The notes: generated by a model from the letters alone, not told the origin. A DNA stretch of 64,000 nt from a candidate division FCPU426 bacterium (GCA_963796105.1 CAWCKJ010000004.1:1248001-1312000); one strand, 5' to 3'; counted from the first letter of the stretch, positions 11,653 through 22,014 are shown. Numbers and translations: made by a program.

Positions 11653-11803
11653 AAATGCCTGGAAATTCACCAAGTATTATGAATTTTAAATCTCAATAAA
11701 CGGCAAAACCAAAGGTTAAAAGCCCTTTGGGGAGAGATAGTCTAAAGCACCTCCTTTAAATGTCAAGATTCCAAGAACTAAGTTGATCGTGTTATTGGCG
11801 GTT

Positions 11804-12838
11804 TCAATTGCTTGTTCCATTGCCCCAAGGATTGAAATCCATCCCCTCCGGCAGGACTGGCTTAAGTTTCTTTTGGAATGCCTCAATCATTATATCCTCG
11901 AACTTTTCCTCGGCTGTCCTCTTTGTTTTTCCCGTTTGCTCCATCCAGGCGAACTGTCTGCGCCAGGTTTCCACCAACGGCACCGTGGTCTTGAATCCCA
12001 GGTCCCGCTTGGCCTTGGTGTTGTCGAATATGGAGGGGTACCGGTAGATGAATTTCACCCCCACGCTTCTGCGGGGAGCCTGATCGTAAAGCCAGTCGGC
12101 GGGGACGTGAACCGGGTTGAATTTGCCTCCCGCTGCGTCGGCCATGGCCTGGTAAACCCCGTCCCAGGTGGTGTGCTCGTCGCTGGTGGCGTGGTAGGCC
12201 TGGCCGTAGGCCTTGGGATTCAGGAGGGAATTTACGAAGGCGCGGCCCACGTCGGAGACATGCGCCACGGCCCAGGCGGATTTGCCGTCACCCATGACGA
12301 TGACGGGGAGGCCCTCTTTCAAGCGGTTGGGAAGGCTGTTGTCAAAAAGAAGGCCCGGGTATTCTGCGCCCTCGCCGGTCGTATAGGAGGGCCGGATGAC
12401 GGTGGTTTGAAGACCGTCCTTGCCGTTGGCGGAAAGCAGGATGGACTCGATTTTGGACTTGTTCTTTCCATACTCGCCGACGGGCCGGTGGGGCTCGTTG
12501 TCGTCGGCTGGAAGTTTGGTCATGGGCCCGCCGTACACGCAGACGGTGGAGCAGACCACGATTTGCTTCACCCGGCCCTTGAAGGCCCGAAGGACCGACT
12601 CGGCGTTTTCCGGCGCGAAGGCCACCATATCGATCACCGCGTCCGCCTTCACGTCCCTCATTTGGCTCTCGAAAGCGGGATAGTCCCAGCGGTTGCCCTT
12701 GATTTCCTTGACGGTCTTGGGGATGCGCCAGGGCGTGACGCCCCGGTTATAGACAGTCACTTCGTCGCCCCGCTCCACCAGCTGGTTGACGATGGCGGTG
12801 GAGATGAGGCCAGTGCCGCCGATGATTAGAACTTTCAT
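11804..12838 (-). CDS. NAD-dependent epimerase/dehydratase family protein
   Basis: MKVLIIGGTGLIS Rossmann motif, YGKNK (YxxxK); GGAGG RBS before the ATG at 12838. Confidence 0.88.
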   Translation of the reverse strand: MKVLIIGGTGLISTAIVNQLVERGDEVTVYNRGVTPWRIPKTVKEIKGNRWDYPAFESQMRDVKADAVIDMVAFAPENAESVLRAFKGRVKQIVVCSTVCVYGGPMTKLPADDNEPHRPVGEYGKNKSKIESILLSANGKDGLQTTVIRPSYTTGEGAEYPGLLFDNSLPNRLKEGLPVIVMGDGKSAWAVAHVSDVGRAFVNSLLNPKAYGQAYHATSDEHTTWDGVYQAMADAAGGKFNPVHVPADWLYDQAPRRSVGVKFIYRYPSIFDNTKAKRDLGFKTTVPLVETWRRQFAWMEQTGKTKRTAEEKFEDIMIEAFQKKLKPVLPEGMDFNPWGNGTSN

Positions 12839-12940
12839 AAATCCTCCGAAGAGTGGATTGATAAACACTAAAGCGATTTAGACGGTTAGTAGTTTAATGG
12901 AGAGAGAACCCTATCAGGAAATTAATCAAACTAAGCGGGT

Positions 12941-14261
12941 CACTAGTGTCCGGTTAAAAACGTAATAAAGACAACTGGTTTTCGGGGGTGAAGGATTCAG
13001 AGATGTAAGCTTAGTCTGAAAACACTTCTAGTATATGGGCTTTCTCAAAAAGCGAGATGCTCAAAATCTGTAGAATTGTGTAGGGGCTCTGGGAGAGCCC
13101 GAGTCTTTTCTTGACGATGGCAACCAGAACATAAACGCAAATGGCCGTCCAAATTTGGGTTTTGACGGCGTTGGGAGAATTGCCGAAGAAGGCCTTGATA
13201 CGAAGGTGTTGCTTGATCCACTTGAAGAAAAGCTCCACCTGCCATCTGGATTTGTAAAGCTGAGCAATGGTCAAGGCAGGAAGAGAGAAATTGTTGGTGA
13301 GGAAAACTAGATATTTGGAAGTGATGGGATCGATGAAGCCGATACGGCGCAGAGGGAGTGGATATTCCCGGAACTTATTTGGGCCGGCCAAGACCACGGT
13401 CTGATCGAAACGGAGGCCTGAGGACTTGTCCACGGGATTTGAATAGCGACGGTAAAAGTTGAAGTTGGACTTGGCCCGTATGACAAAGAAAGCCAGACTT
13501 TCGGTGAAGCGTAAAAGGCGGGCGAAGTCGGTATAGCCACGATCCATGATATAAAAAGAACCTGCTTCGATGGGGAGAACATCGAGTAGTTGGACGTCAT
13601 GCGTGGAAGCATTGGAAATACAGACGAAAATGGGAATGTTTCCCCGAAGTGAAAGAGGGGTGTGGAGTTTGATACCGGACTTGGTAGACCGAAAGCCGGC
13701 CCATGGAAAGAGAGACATGCAAAGATCGATGGTGGTGGAATCAAAGGCATAGGCTGTTTGGTTTAATTCGACGCCAAAATCATCCCCGGCGTAAAGGGGT
13801 TGAGCTATATGAATGAGAACTTGGGCGAAGTCCAAAAAAATGCGCCAGTCTCGGTTTTGGTTGGCGTCCGCGAGAGTGGTTCTTGCGATTTTTCCACGGA
13901 TGCCCATGCGATAAAGCTTGGCTTTGAAGGAACCCAAGCAAGCCTGGATGTCTCGGAGGCTTTCCCTGTAGGTTAGTTGTGCGAAAGCCATACAGAGGAA
14001 TTGATCCAAGCAGGAGAAACTTCGGACTCGGAAGTTACCGCGATAGCGATTGACACATTTTTGGAATTCATGACGGGGTAAGAAATCCATCAACTGGGCG
14101 AAAACGGTACGGCCTGGGTTCATGGAAACCATCCTTTACGGGGAGTAAAGGACGGTTATAGGGGGTTTCAAATTGAAATCGAAAAAGGACGATTGGGGCT
14201 TAAAAACATTGTGGGGAAAAGGTTTCAGAGCTTCTGTCAGTTCCTTAACCGGACACTAGTG
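12941..14261 (-). mobile_element. IS4-family insertion sequence (copy A)
   Basis: Perfect 17-bp terminal inverted repeats cactagtgtccggttaa (12941) and ttaaccggacactagtg (ends 14261) enclosing a DDE transposase. Confidence 0.92.
13011..14132 (-). CDS. IS4-family DDE transposase (DUF4372 + DDE_Tnp_1)
   Basis: DQFLCMAFAQLTYRESLRDI, DSTTIDL, MDRGY, LYKSRWQVELFFKWIKQHLRIK (YREK motif). Confidence 0.95.
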   Translation of the reverse strand: MVSMNPGRTVFAQLMDFLPRHEFQKCVNRYRGNFRVRSFSCLDQFLCMAFAQLTYRESLRDIQACLGSFKAKLYRMGIRGKIARTTLADANQNRDWRIFLDFAQVLIHIAQPLYAGDDFGVELNQTAYAFDSTTIDLCMSLFPWAGFRSTKSGIKLHTPLSLRGNIPIFVCISNASTHDVQLLDVLPIEAGSFYIMDRGYTDFARLLRFTESLAFFVIRAKSNFNFYRRYSNPVDKSSGLRFDQTVVLAGPNKFREYPLPLRRIGFIDPITSKYLVFLTNNFSLPALTIAQLYKSRWQVELFFKWIKQHLRIKAFFGNSPNAVKTQIWTAICVYVLVAIVKKRLGLSQSPYTILQILSISLFEKAHILEVFSD

Positions 14262-14277
14262 ATAAAATATATGTAAT

Positions 14278-15689
14278 CACTCTTGTCCTAAATAAAGGCC
14301 TAAAAAAAGACGCCTCCGATTGAAGTAGAATTGGGTTTGATGACAGCCCAAAGCAACGGTTACCAGCCGTCGCTACTTCAAACATACGGAGGCGCTTTTT
14401 TATGGTACCACCAACCAGTCTATTTGCCCAAGTGTTGAAACTCGTAGACCGAACCGCTTTTGAGCGAATCGTGCGAGAGATTGAAGCCGAAAAGCACTCC
14501 AAGGGATTCAGTTGCTGGGATCAGTTTGTTTCCATGCTTTTCTGCCAGATGGGAGCAGCCCATTCCTTGAGGGAAATCTGTGGCGGCCTCAGTACGGCCC
14601 TTGGGAAATTGACCCACTTGGGTCTTTGCAAAGCTCCCACTAAATCCACCTTGGCCTATGCCAACACCAAGCGTTCTTGGCGGGTTCAACAAAAGCTTTT
14701 TTACCATTTATTATCGAAGTGCCAGTTGTTGGCGGCCACCTCAAAAAGAAAATTCAGGTTTAAAAATCCTCTTTATAGCCTGGATTCCAGCACCATCGAC
14801 CTTTGTTTGTCAGTGTTCGACTGGGCGAAATTCCGTAGAACCAAAGGGGCCATCAAACTCCATCTTCTGCTGGACCATCAGGGGTACTTGCCCTGCTGGG
14901 GACTCGTAACGGAGGGAGGCACGCATGACGTGAAGGTGGCCCAAAAGCTCGATTTTCCAGTGGATTCAATCGTGGTGATGGATCGGGGGTATGTGGATTT
15001 CTTTCTTCTGGCCCGATGGACATTCCAAGGCGTGTGGTGGGTGACCCGGGCCAAGATCAACATGGCCTACGAGGTGGTGAAAAGCCTGACGGTTCCGAAA
15101 ACGGGCAACGTCCTGAAGGACCAGGTGATACGGTTGACGACGTTTCGGTCACATGAAGCCTACCCTAAAGAGATGCGACGGGTGGTGGTATGGGACGAAG
15201 ACCAGAAGCGGGAGTTGGTGTTCCTGACCAACCACATGGGTTTTGCCGCCTCGACGGTGGGTGCCATTTACAAGGAACGTTGGCAGATCGAGTTGTTTTT
15301 CAAGGCTCTCAAGCAGAACCTCCGGGTAAAAACTTTTGTGGGTACCACTGAGAATGCCGTTCAGACGCAGATTTGGACAGCATTGATTGCCATGCTACTG
15401 TTGAAGTTCCTTCAATTGAAGAGCCGGATCGCCTGGAGTTTATCCCACTTGGCTGCCATGCTACGGATGAACCTGTTGACCTATCGTGATTTGTGGGCCT
15501 GGTTGGATGCACCGTTCCTAGTGGCGAGACTGGAACCCTTGGAAAAGCAGATGGAATTAATACATTCTTAATTTGGACAGCATCAGGACGAAAGAGGGGG
15601 GCTTATCCCAGAAAATTCACGAGCCTGTCCTAAATCGCTTGTTTTCCTGGGAGGTTCAAAGACAAATAGGTTTATCTAGGACAGCAGTG
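14278..15689 (+). mobile_element. Second IS4-family insertion sequence
   Basis: Imperfect TIRs cactcttgtcctaaataaa and tttatctaggacagcagtg. 9-bp TSD atatgtaat at 14269-14277 and 15690-15698. Confidence 0.92.
14402..15571 (+). CDS. IS4-family DDE transposase
   Basis: WDQFVSMLFCQ, LDSSTIDL, MDRGY, IYKERWQIELFFKALKQNL. Confidence 0.95.
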   Translation: MVPPTSLFAQVLKLVDRTAFERIVREIEAEKHSKGFSCWDQFVSMLFCQMGAAHSLREICGGLSTALGKLTHLGLCKAPTKSTLAYANTKRSWRVQQKLFYHLLSKCQLLAATSKRKFRFKNPLYSLDSSTIDLCLSVFDWAKFRRTKGAIKLHLLLDHQGYLPCWGLVTEGGTHDVKVAQKLDFPVDSIVVMDRGYVDFFLLARWTFQGVWWVTRAKINMAYEVVKSLTVPKTGNVLKDQVIRLTTFRSHEAYPKEMRRVVVWDEDQKRELVFLTNHMGFAASTVGAIYKERWQIELFFKALKQNLRVKTFVGTTENAVQTQIWTALIAMLLLKFLQLKSRIAWSLSHLAAMLRMNLLTYRDLWAWLDAPFLVARLEPLEKQMELIHS

Positions 15690-15796
15690 ATATGTAATAA
15701 AAACAGTATTAGGTCGTCTATAAAGTAGAAGATGTGATCAATAATTATTAGCCTTATGACACATTTTCGGATTGCCGATCTGGTTCGGAGGCAAGT

Positions 15797-17434
15797 ATGA
15801 TTCAAAAATTAGTTCTGCAAACGCTAACTATTCTGGTTTTGTCGGTTTTTACCATTATGGCTGGATGTTCCAGAAATATTAGTACCCCTTCCATGCCAAA
15901 GCAGTCTGATACTTGTACCCCTACAATTACGCCAACGGAATATTACCTAACAAATACAGCTACCCTCTCAGCTACTGGCACCCCTTCCTCAACCCCAACA
16001 TCAACACTCATAATTCCCACAAATACATTTACTTTCTCATCTACACCTACAGATACACCAACCAATACCCCTGTGTTCACATTTACAAATACGCCTATCT
16101 TTACTGGTACTCCCACATCAACTGAAACTCTTTCGTGGACTTATACAACAACTCCAACTGATACGTCATCGAATACTCAAACGCCAACCATTTCTTATAC
16201 CTACACTTTCACCACAACAGAGACTTTGACTTGTACAATCACATTGACACCGACAGAAACTCCAACGTCAACTTCAACACCGACAATTATTACTTCCACT
16301 TTTACATTCTCATCTACCCCGACTGATACTCTAACGCCAACAGACACCCCCACAATTACCATTACTTCGACACCTACTTATTCAGCCACGTTCACCAACA
16401 GTCCTACGCCTTGGCCAACGGGTGTTCCAACCTATACCTCCACAGACACACTTACGGTTACTCCGACTGTGACTTCAACGTCTACTCTTTGTCCGACAAA
16501 TGGGGGTGTGGTTTCAACCTTAGCGGGACAATATCTAGGGTTCCAAAATGGAACAGGAACCGCCGCATGGTTCAATGCTCCTCTCGGAGTTGCTGTTGAC
16601 TCTACAGGTAATATTTATGTAGCTGATAGCAACAACAACATGATACGGGAAATCGGCCCTGGTGGTGTGGTCTCTACATTTGCGGGTCAAGCTGGGGTTA
16701 CTGGATCAACAAATGGTCCGGCGTCAATTACTTCGTTCAATAACCCTTTAGGAGTTGCAGTTGATTCATCGGGGAATATTTTCGTAACAGATAGTGGCAA
16801 TAATCTGATACGTAAAATAAGTCCTGAGGGTGTGGTGACATCTTTTGCCCATGTTGGTAATTTATGCGCTGGTATCGCGGTTGATTCATCCGGAAATGTT
16901 TACGTTACAGAAGAAAATGGTGACGCAATCGACAAAATTACCCCTGGGGGTGTTGTAACGACTCTGGCGGGTTCTCGTGGCCATCATGGGTCAGCCAACG
17001 GAACGGGAACAGCCGCATCATTCAATCAGCCTATGGGAGTCGCAGCCGATTCCTCAGGAAATGTTTACGTGGCTGATGCAGGTAACAACCTGATCCGAGA
17101 AATTAGTCCTGGAGGCGTGGTTACAACTTTAGCTGGGTCTGGGGCTTTTGGGTCCACAAATGGAACAGGGACCGCCGCTTCGTTTGCTAGCCCAGAAGGA
17201 GTTGCGGTCGATTTTTGTGGTAATGTTTATGTGTGTGATTCAAGCAATAATCTGATTCGTGAAATTACACCTAGTGGTGAAGTATCGACCCTAGCAGGAT
17301 CTGGATCACTTGGAACCGCAAACGGGACAGGATCCGCCGCGTCTTTCGGTGGACCTTGGGGAATCGTGGTTAATTCTTCCGAAACTATTTATGTCGCGGA
17401 TACGAACAACGAGTTGATCCGGGAAATTCAATAA
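15797..17434 (+). CDS. Lipoprotein with Thr-rich linker and NHL-repeat beta-propeller
   Basis: Lipobox MAGC; T/P-rich stretch; repeated FNxPxGVAVDSSGNVYVAD..NNLIREI. Visibly AT-richer codons than host genes. Confidence 0.88.
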   Translation: MIQKLVLQTLTILVLSVFTIMAGCSRNISTPSMPKQSDTCTPTITPTEYYLTNTATLSATGTPSSTPTSTLIIPTNTFTFSSTPTDTPTNTPVFTFTNTPIFTGTPTSTETLSWTYTTTPTDTSSNTQTPTISYTYTFTTTETLTCTITLTPTETPTSTSTPTIITSTFTFSSTPTDTLTPTDTPTITITSTPTYSATFTNSPTPWPTGVPTYTSTDTLTVTPTVTSTSTLCPTNGGVVSTLAGQYLGFQNGTGTAAWFNAPLGVAVDSTGNIYVADSNNNMIREIGPGGVVSTFAGQAGVTGSTNGPASITSFNNPLGVAVDSSGNIFVTDSGNNLIRKISPEGVVTSFAHVGNLCAGIAVDSSGNVYVTEENGDAIDKITPGGVVTTLAGSRGHHGSANGTGTAASFNQPMGVAADSSGNVYVADAGNNLIREISPGGVVTTLAGSGAFGSTNGTGTAASFASPEGVAVDFCGNVYVCDSSNNLIREITPSGEVSTLAGSGSLGTANGTGSAASFGGPWGIVVNSSETIYVADTNNELIREIQ

Positions 17435-17894
17435 TCTCAATGGTCATCCTGGAACAAATGGGTCAGACACCAAGCCCCCAGCTTGGTGTAGGGACCATTC
17501 ATCACTTTAGGCCATTAAGTCATTTCATCCCCGACGCCCACCTTTGAAGTTCCCGCATATCAATTGCATTCCAATTGGTCGGGTAATTCTCCCGACACTA
17601 CAAATGGTTTATGGAAAGCTATTCGTAAGGCCATTTGCAAGCCATTACCAACCGTCACCAATCAACTTGTACCAACTGCTTATGGCAGTTGATACAACCA
17701 AATCTTGCCGTTCGCCGTGTGGGCTCACGGCAGGTGTGGTTGATTGGTGGGTAAATACACTTCCGTTCTTTCAACAAACGTAATTCAGGCCCTTTTTTTC
17801 TCCCCCTTTTAAAATTACCCATATTGGCCCTCTACACGTATGGGTGGAGTCTCCAATTTGCAGATACGGTGGCCCTTTTCGCAGATGACTGAAA

Positions 17895-18026
17895 TCCTGC
17901 CTGCGGATGCCGGGGGTCCTGCCCGCAGGTGTCGGTGGTCCTGCCCGCAGGTTCCGGTAGTCCTGCCCGCAGGTTCCGGTTGTCCTGCCCGCAGGTGTCG
18001 GTGGTCCTGCCCGCAGGTGGCGGGGG
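17895..18026. repeat. Six tandem 22-bp repeats with palindromic core cctgc-cc-gcagg
   Basis: Units start at 17895, 17917, 17939, 17961, 17983 and 18005 (consensus tcctgcccgcaggt...gg..g; the first unit is degenerate). Confidence 0.9.
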
Positions 18027-18114
18027 TCGCCTACCGGCATGGGGGTTACAGCCATCCGTTGCCGTGATTTCCACCATCCAGTGTCGTGGTTTCCACCATC
18101 CGGGGTCGGGTTAG

Positions 18115-18396
18115 AACCCGGAACCCAGTACAACCCAATATTAGGATTCCTCAACTCAGTTCCAAAGCAGGGAACCAGTTCCACGGAGGTCCTCAACCCA
18201 GTATGGGAACTCAACCCAGTATTGGAGGCTAGCAACCCAGTACAACCCAGTATGGGGACTCAACCCAGTACAACCCAGTATGGGGGGCTCAACCCAGTAT
18301 GGGGGGCTCAACCCAGTACAACCCAGTATGAGAGGGCTCAACCCAGTATTGGAGGCATCAACCCAGTACAACCCAGTATGAGGGCTCAACCCAGTT
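18115..18396. repeat. Irregular array of aacccagt octamers (about 14 copies)
   Basis: Repeated (c)aacccagta(c/t) at 10-bp or 18-21-bp spacing, joined by G-rich linkers. Confidence 0.88.
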
Positions 18397-18540
18397 CCAG
18401 AGGATAAACCACCCACATTTCCGTCGTCCGGGGCCAGAGTTTTCGTTGGTCGAAGCCGAATTTCCGTTGGCCGCGAGAAACAGGGGTCAGGCCACACGCT
18501 CCGCAGCGTGTGGCAGTGATCATTCATCACTTTACTGTCC

Positions 18541-19228
18541 GCGTCACAACCGCGCAGGACATTTGTACCAGGGGCGTTATAAGGCGATTTTGGTCCATAA
18601 GGATAGTTATTTAAAGGAATTATGCAGGTATGTGGTCTTGAATCCGGTCCGGGCCAAGATGATCAAGCATCCGAAGGAATGGAAATGGAGCAGTTACCGG
18701 GCTACGGCAGGTTATGAGACCGAGCCGGAATGGGTGGAAAATAAATGGCTTTTGGAACAGTTTGGAAAAGTGAAACATAAGGCGCAGGGTTTGTATCGGA
18801 AATTCGTGTTGGAAGGCTTGAGGAAGAAAGAGAGCCCATGGGAGCAAGTAACATCGCAGATCATATTGGGGGGGAAAAGTTTTGAGGAGCACATTAAAGG
18901 GAAGATTAGGGGGAAGCATCACCATGAGGCGCACAGGGAACAACAGAAATTGGGCTTGCCGGATGCCGAGGAAACGCTGAAAAAGATCGGGAAAATGCAT
19001 GGGATTATGGTGAAAGATATGGTGGTTCCGACCCGGCAGAAAAACGAAGGGCGGGAAGCGGCGGTATGGGCCTTGCGCCAGATATGCCGATTAAGTTTAG
19101 GGGAAGTGGCTAAGAAGATGGGGGTAAAATACTCCGCGGTAAGCCATGCGGTGGCAAGGATGAAGAAACGCATTCGTGAGGAAAAGGGTCTTGAGGAAAA
19201 GATTCGTAATGCCGTTTTCAAGACCTGA
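18541..19228 (+). pseudogene. 5'-truncated Y1/REP-associated (RAYT-like) HUH transposase with C-terminal DnaA-C-like HTH
   Basis: RHNRAGHLYQGRYKAILV...ELCRYVVLNPVRAK...WKWSSY and C-terminal SLGEVAKKMGVKYSAVSHAV. The N-terminal HUH motif region is absent. Confidence 0.8.
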
Positions 19229-19244
19229 ACCTTATTTTCCATTA

Positions 19245-19499
19245 CAAGCAGGAGAAACTTCGGACTCGGAAGTTACCGCGATAGCGATTGACACATTTTT
19301 GGAATTCATGACGGGGTAAGAAATCCATCAACTGGGCGAAAACGGTACGGCCTGGGTTCATGGAAACCATCCTTTACGGGGAGTAAAGGACGGTTATAGG
19401 GGGTTTCAAATTGAAATCGAAAAAGGACGATTGGGGCTTAAAAACATTGTGGGGAAAAGGTTTCAGAGCTTCTGTCAGTTCCTTAACCGGACACTAGTG
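19245..19499 (-). mobile_element. Partial copy (255 bp) of IS4 copy A: transposase 5' end plus terminal IR
   Basis: Reads identical to 14007-14261. Confidence 0.92.
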
Positions 19500-19547
19500 T
19501 AAGCGGGTATTTGTAAGAAAGCCCTTTCATCGTCCTTAACTTTGTTT

Positions 19548-21767
19548 TTAAAAAATACCGCTGATGGGTTTATAGGAAAAAGTGTCGCCCGAATTCCACC
19601 AATCCATGAACCGTCTGACCAGGAAATACTCGTTATAGGGCTGGTCATCGGTCACCACCACCCGTGGATCATTGTTCAGCAGGGTTTTGGGGTCAACTTC
19701 ATGGGAAAGCATGAATTGGAAAAGGTTCTCCGGGTATTGGCGAGTAGACCACTCGGTCATGTCCTTTCTCGCGGAGAGGGGCATTTTCCGGAGCATCTCC
19801 GAGGCCGATATATCGGGAATCGGGGACATTGAGGCGATGAAATGGTACCCGATGCCGTTGGGGTAACCGAACACGCGGACATAGGGGAAGGAAAGGACGA
19901 TGGAGCGGGTCACGGCCTGGATGATCCTCACCTCCGCCGCTGGGAGCCACTGCTGGAGAAGGCCGCCGGGGGCCAGGCGTTTCTTGGCCAATTCGTAAAA
20001 GCCCGTGGAATAAAGAAGGCTCGACCCCGCGGCTTCCACCGGCGGGGGCGGGTCGATGGTGACGAGGTCGAAAGTTTCGGCGGTCCTCTGGAGGAACCGC
20101 CTTCCGTCGTCCACCACCAAACGCGCGTTGGGGTTGGATGCCAGCGCTTGGGCGTCGGAATGAAAGAAGGGGAAGGATTTAATGACGCCGGGGACCAGCT
20201 CCACGGCGGTGGTGGGGATGCCCCAGCTCATCAGGGAGCGGAAGGTAGTGCCCATCCCGAAGCAGATGTCCAAGGCGGATTTGGGAGGGCGGGAAAGAAG
20301 AACCAGGGGCAGGTGGGCCATCATCTTGGTCGTGGGAGACAATCCGGTCATTCCGACCCCGTTGACGATCAGCGCTTTCACCTTATCCCGGCCGAGGCAA
20401 ACAGTTGTTGCTGTATAGTCCCGGTGGACGACAGGATTCGAATAGTATTGGCGGTAAGTTTCCTCGTAATCCATCACCACCAATCCGGTTGCAAATAAAA
20501 TCAGGTAAGCCGTGGTCCAGAGAACGGTGGAAATGGTCCTGCTTGTTTTTTTCCAGATGGCTATAAGAAAAAAAAGTCCCAAGGGCAGAGACAGGAGAAT
20601 CATGGCAGGGCGGCATGACATTTCTGGCAGGAGAAGATAGGAAGCCGCGAGAGGACCCAAGATGCATCCAAGAACATTCGCGGCGTAGGCTTTCCCCACG
20701 TTTCCCGGATTCCCTTTTGAGAATTGATCCACTAATTTCGGGGTGAGGTAGCCCCAAGCCGCGCACATCGGCATCAGGCTGACCAGGGGGTTGTAAAAAT
20801 GTTGGGGAAATTGGATGTCATTTAGGATGGGAGGCAAAAAAGAGAAGGCGAAAGCGGCTCCCAACAGCCTGGGTGTCGAAAATATTTTCCCTTTATTTAA
20901 ATGCCGCCGGTAGAACCATGAGCCGAAAAAGGTTGCGAGTAAATAAGAAAACAATAGGGAGGCAAAGGAATAAACAAAGGTGGTTAGGGTGTAAGTAAAC
21001 GCCCTCGTCCAAACGACCTCCAATGCCATGGAAACAAAGCCGGTTGTGAACAAAATGCTCAAATAGGGGGTGGAACTTTCTTCCGGGATGACGGGGAGGA
21101 AACGGGAAAGCCGTCCATGAGAGGCCAGCGAAAATTTGGAAAGGTTTCTGCTGATCCAGAGCGAGGTCAAGCCGATCAAGGTATTCAAGAAGGCTCCCAA
21201 GAGCAGGGTGCGGTGGAATCCAAGGCGTTCGATCAGCACTATTGCCGTGAAAAGGACGCCTGTCATGGCTCCCAGGACATTGGCGTTGTAGAGAAAACTG
21301 AATCCTCCCTCCTCTGAGTAGGCGATTTTGAGGAAAGCGGTCATGAAAGGGAAGGTGCTTCCCATGAAGACGCACCAGGGAAGGAGCGAGAGCAATAGTA
21401 CCCCGGCGGAGGCGAAAAGGTAGGCGCCGGAGTCGGTGCTTCCAATGGAGAGCAAAAGGAAGCTTCCCAAATCGAAAAGGCGCGGCACTAAAAAAGCGCC
21501 AAGTCCCGTGAGCAGCTCGATCGCGGCGTAATAACGAAGGGGTGCGGCGCCGTTGTTTCCAGTCCAGATCCCCGCGAGACGGCCTCCCAGCCAGGAGCCG
21601 AGCGCGAGACCCGCCATGAATATGGAGAGGACAACCGAAAGAACGGGAGTGTTGATCCCGAAATGGGCGAAAGCCAGGCGCAGCCAGACGACCTGGTAGA
21701 GCAAACCGCAAAAGCCCGAGATGAAAAAGAAAAAGGCGGTGGTCCATCGAATGGAACTCGAAGTCAT
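19548..21767 (-). CDS. Fused MFS-like membrane domain / spermidine synthase (SAM-MTase fold)
   Basis: SGFCGLLYQVVW N-terminus, many TM helices, LDICFGMGTT, VELVPGV, DDGRRFL, DLVTIDPPPP, TDDQPYNEY. Confidence 0.9.
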   Translation of the reverse strand: MTSSSIRWTTAFFFFISGFCGLLYQVVWLRLAFAHFGINTPVLSVVLSIFMAGLALGSWLGGRLAGIWTGNNGAAPLRYYAAIELLTGLGAFLVPRLFDLGSFLLLSIGSTDSGAYLFASAGVLLLSLLPWCVFMGSTFPFMTAFLKIAYSEEGGFSFLYNANVLGAMTGVLFTAIVLIERLGFHRTLLLGAFLNTLIGLTSLWISRNLSKFSLASHGRLSRFLPVIPEESSTPYLSILFTTGFVSMALEVVWTRAFTYTLTTFVYSFASLLFSYLLATFFGSWFYRRHLNKGKIFSTPRLLGAAFAFSFLPPILNDIQFPQHFYNPLVSLMPMCAAWGYLTPKLVDQFSKGNPGNVGKAYAANVLGCILGPLAASYLLLPEMSCRPAMILLSLPLGLFFLIAIWKKTSRTISTVLWTTAYLILFATGLVVMDYEETYRQYYSNPVVHRDYTATTVCLGRDKVKALIVNGVGMTGLSPTTKMMAHLPLVLLSRPPKSALDICFGMGTTFRSLMSWGIPTTAVELVPGVIKSFPFFHSDAQALASNPNARLVVDDGRRFLQRTAETFDLVTIDPPPPVEAAGSSLLYSTGFYELAKKRLAPGGLLQQWLPAAEVRIIQAVTRSIVLSFPYVRVFGYPNGIGYHFIASMSPIPDISASEMLRKMPLSARKDMTEWSTRQYPENLFQFMLSHEVDPKTLLNNDPRVVVTDDQPYNEYFLVRRFMDWWNSGDTFSYKPISGIF

Positions 21768-22014
21768 GAAATCCCTTTGCGGAAATAGATAAATCGGGTG
21801 TTCGCTGAAATTATCTTTAATTCAGGTTCCGGACGCCTTGCCGCGAACGAAGCCGTCCATTCTCAAAACGCTAATAGTTTAATGGATGGAGAGACCCATC
21901 AGGAAATGAAAGAAAATTTATTCCAAGGGCGAAAAAAGCGTCAGTTTGACCGGCTGGTTTCAGGCCCCGGCCAAGTGGCATTTGAAGGGCCGTCTCTTGA
22001 GATCAATTGAGTGA

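Larger units (their letters stand above)
12941..19499. mobile_element. Composite-transposon-like 6.6-kb insertion bounded by IS4 ends
   Basis: 9-bp direct repeat taagcgggt at 12932-12940 and 19500-19508. The right end is a 255-bp copy of the IS end (14007-14261). Confidence 0.7.

Noticed and set aside
11695..11755. c-di-GMP-I riboswitch-like GGCAAA start
   Set aside because: Lacks the GNRA loop and GACGCAAA/P1 elements, and no downstream gene is in that orientation.
11783..12829. 348-aa plus-strand ORF
   Set aside because: Antisense shadow of the epimerase.
18115..18396. CRISPR array or coding repeat (ORFs 17771-18530)
   Set aside because: 8-10-bp repeats with ~10-bp similar linkers; the ORFs have no credible start or host codon pattern.
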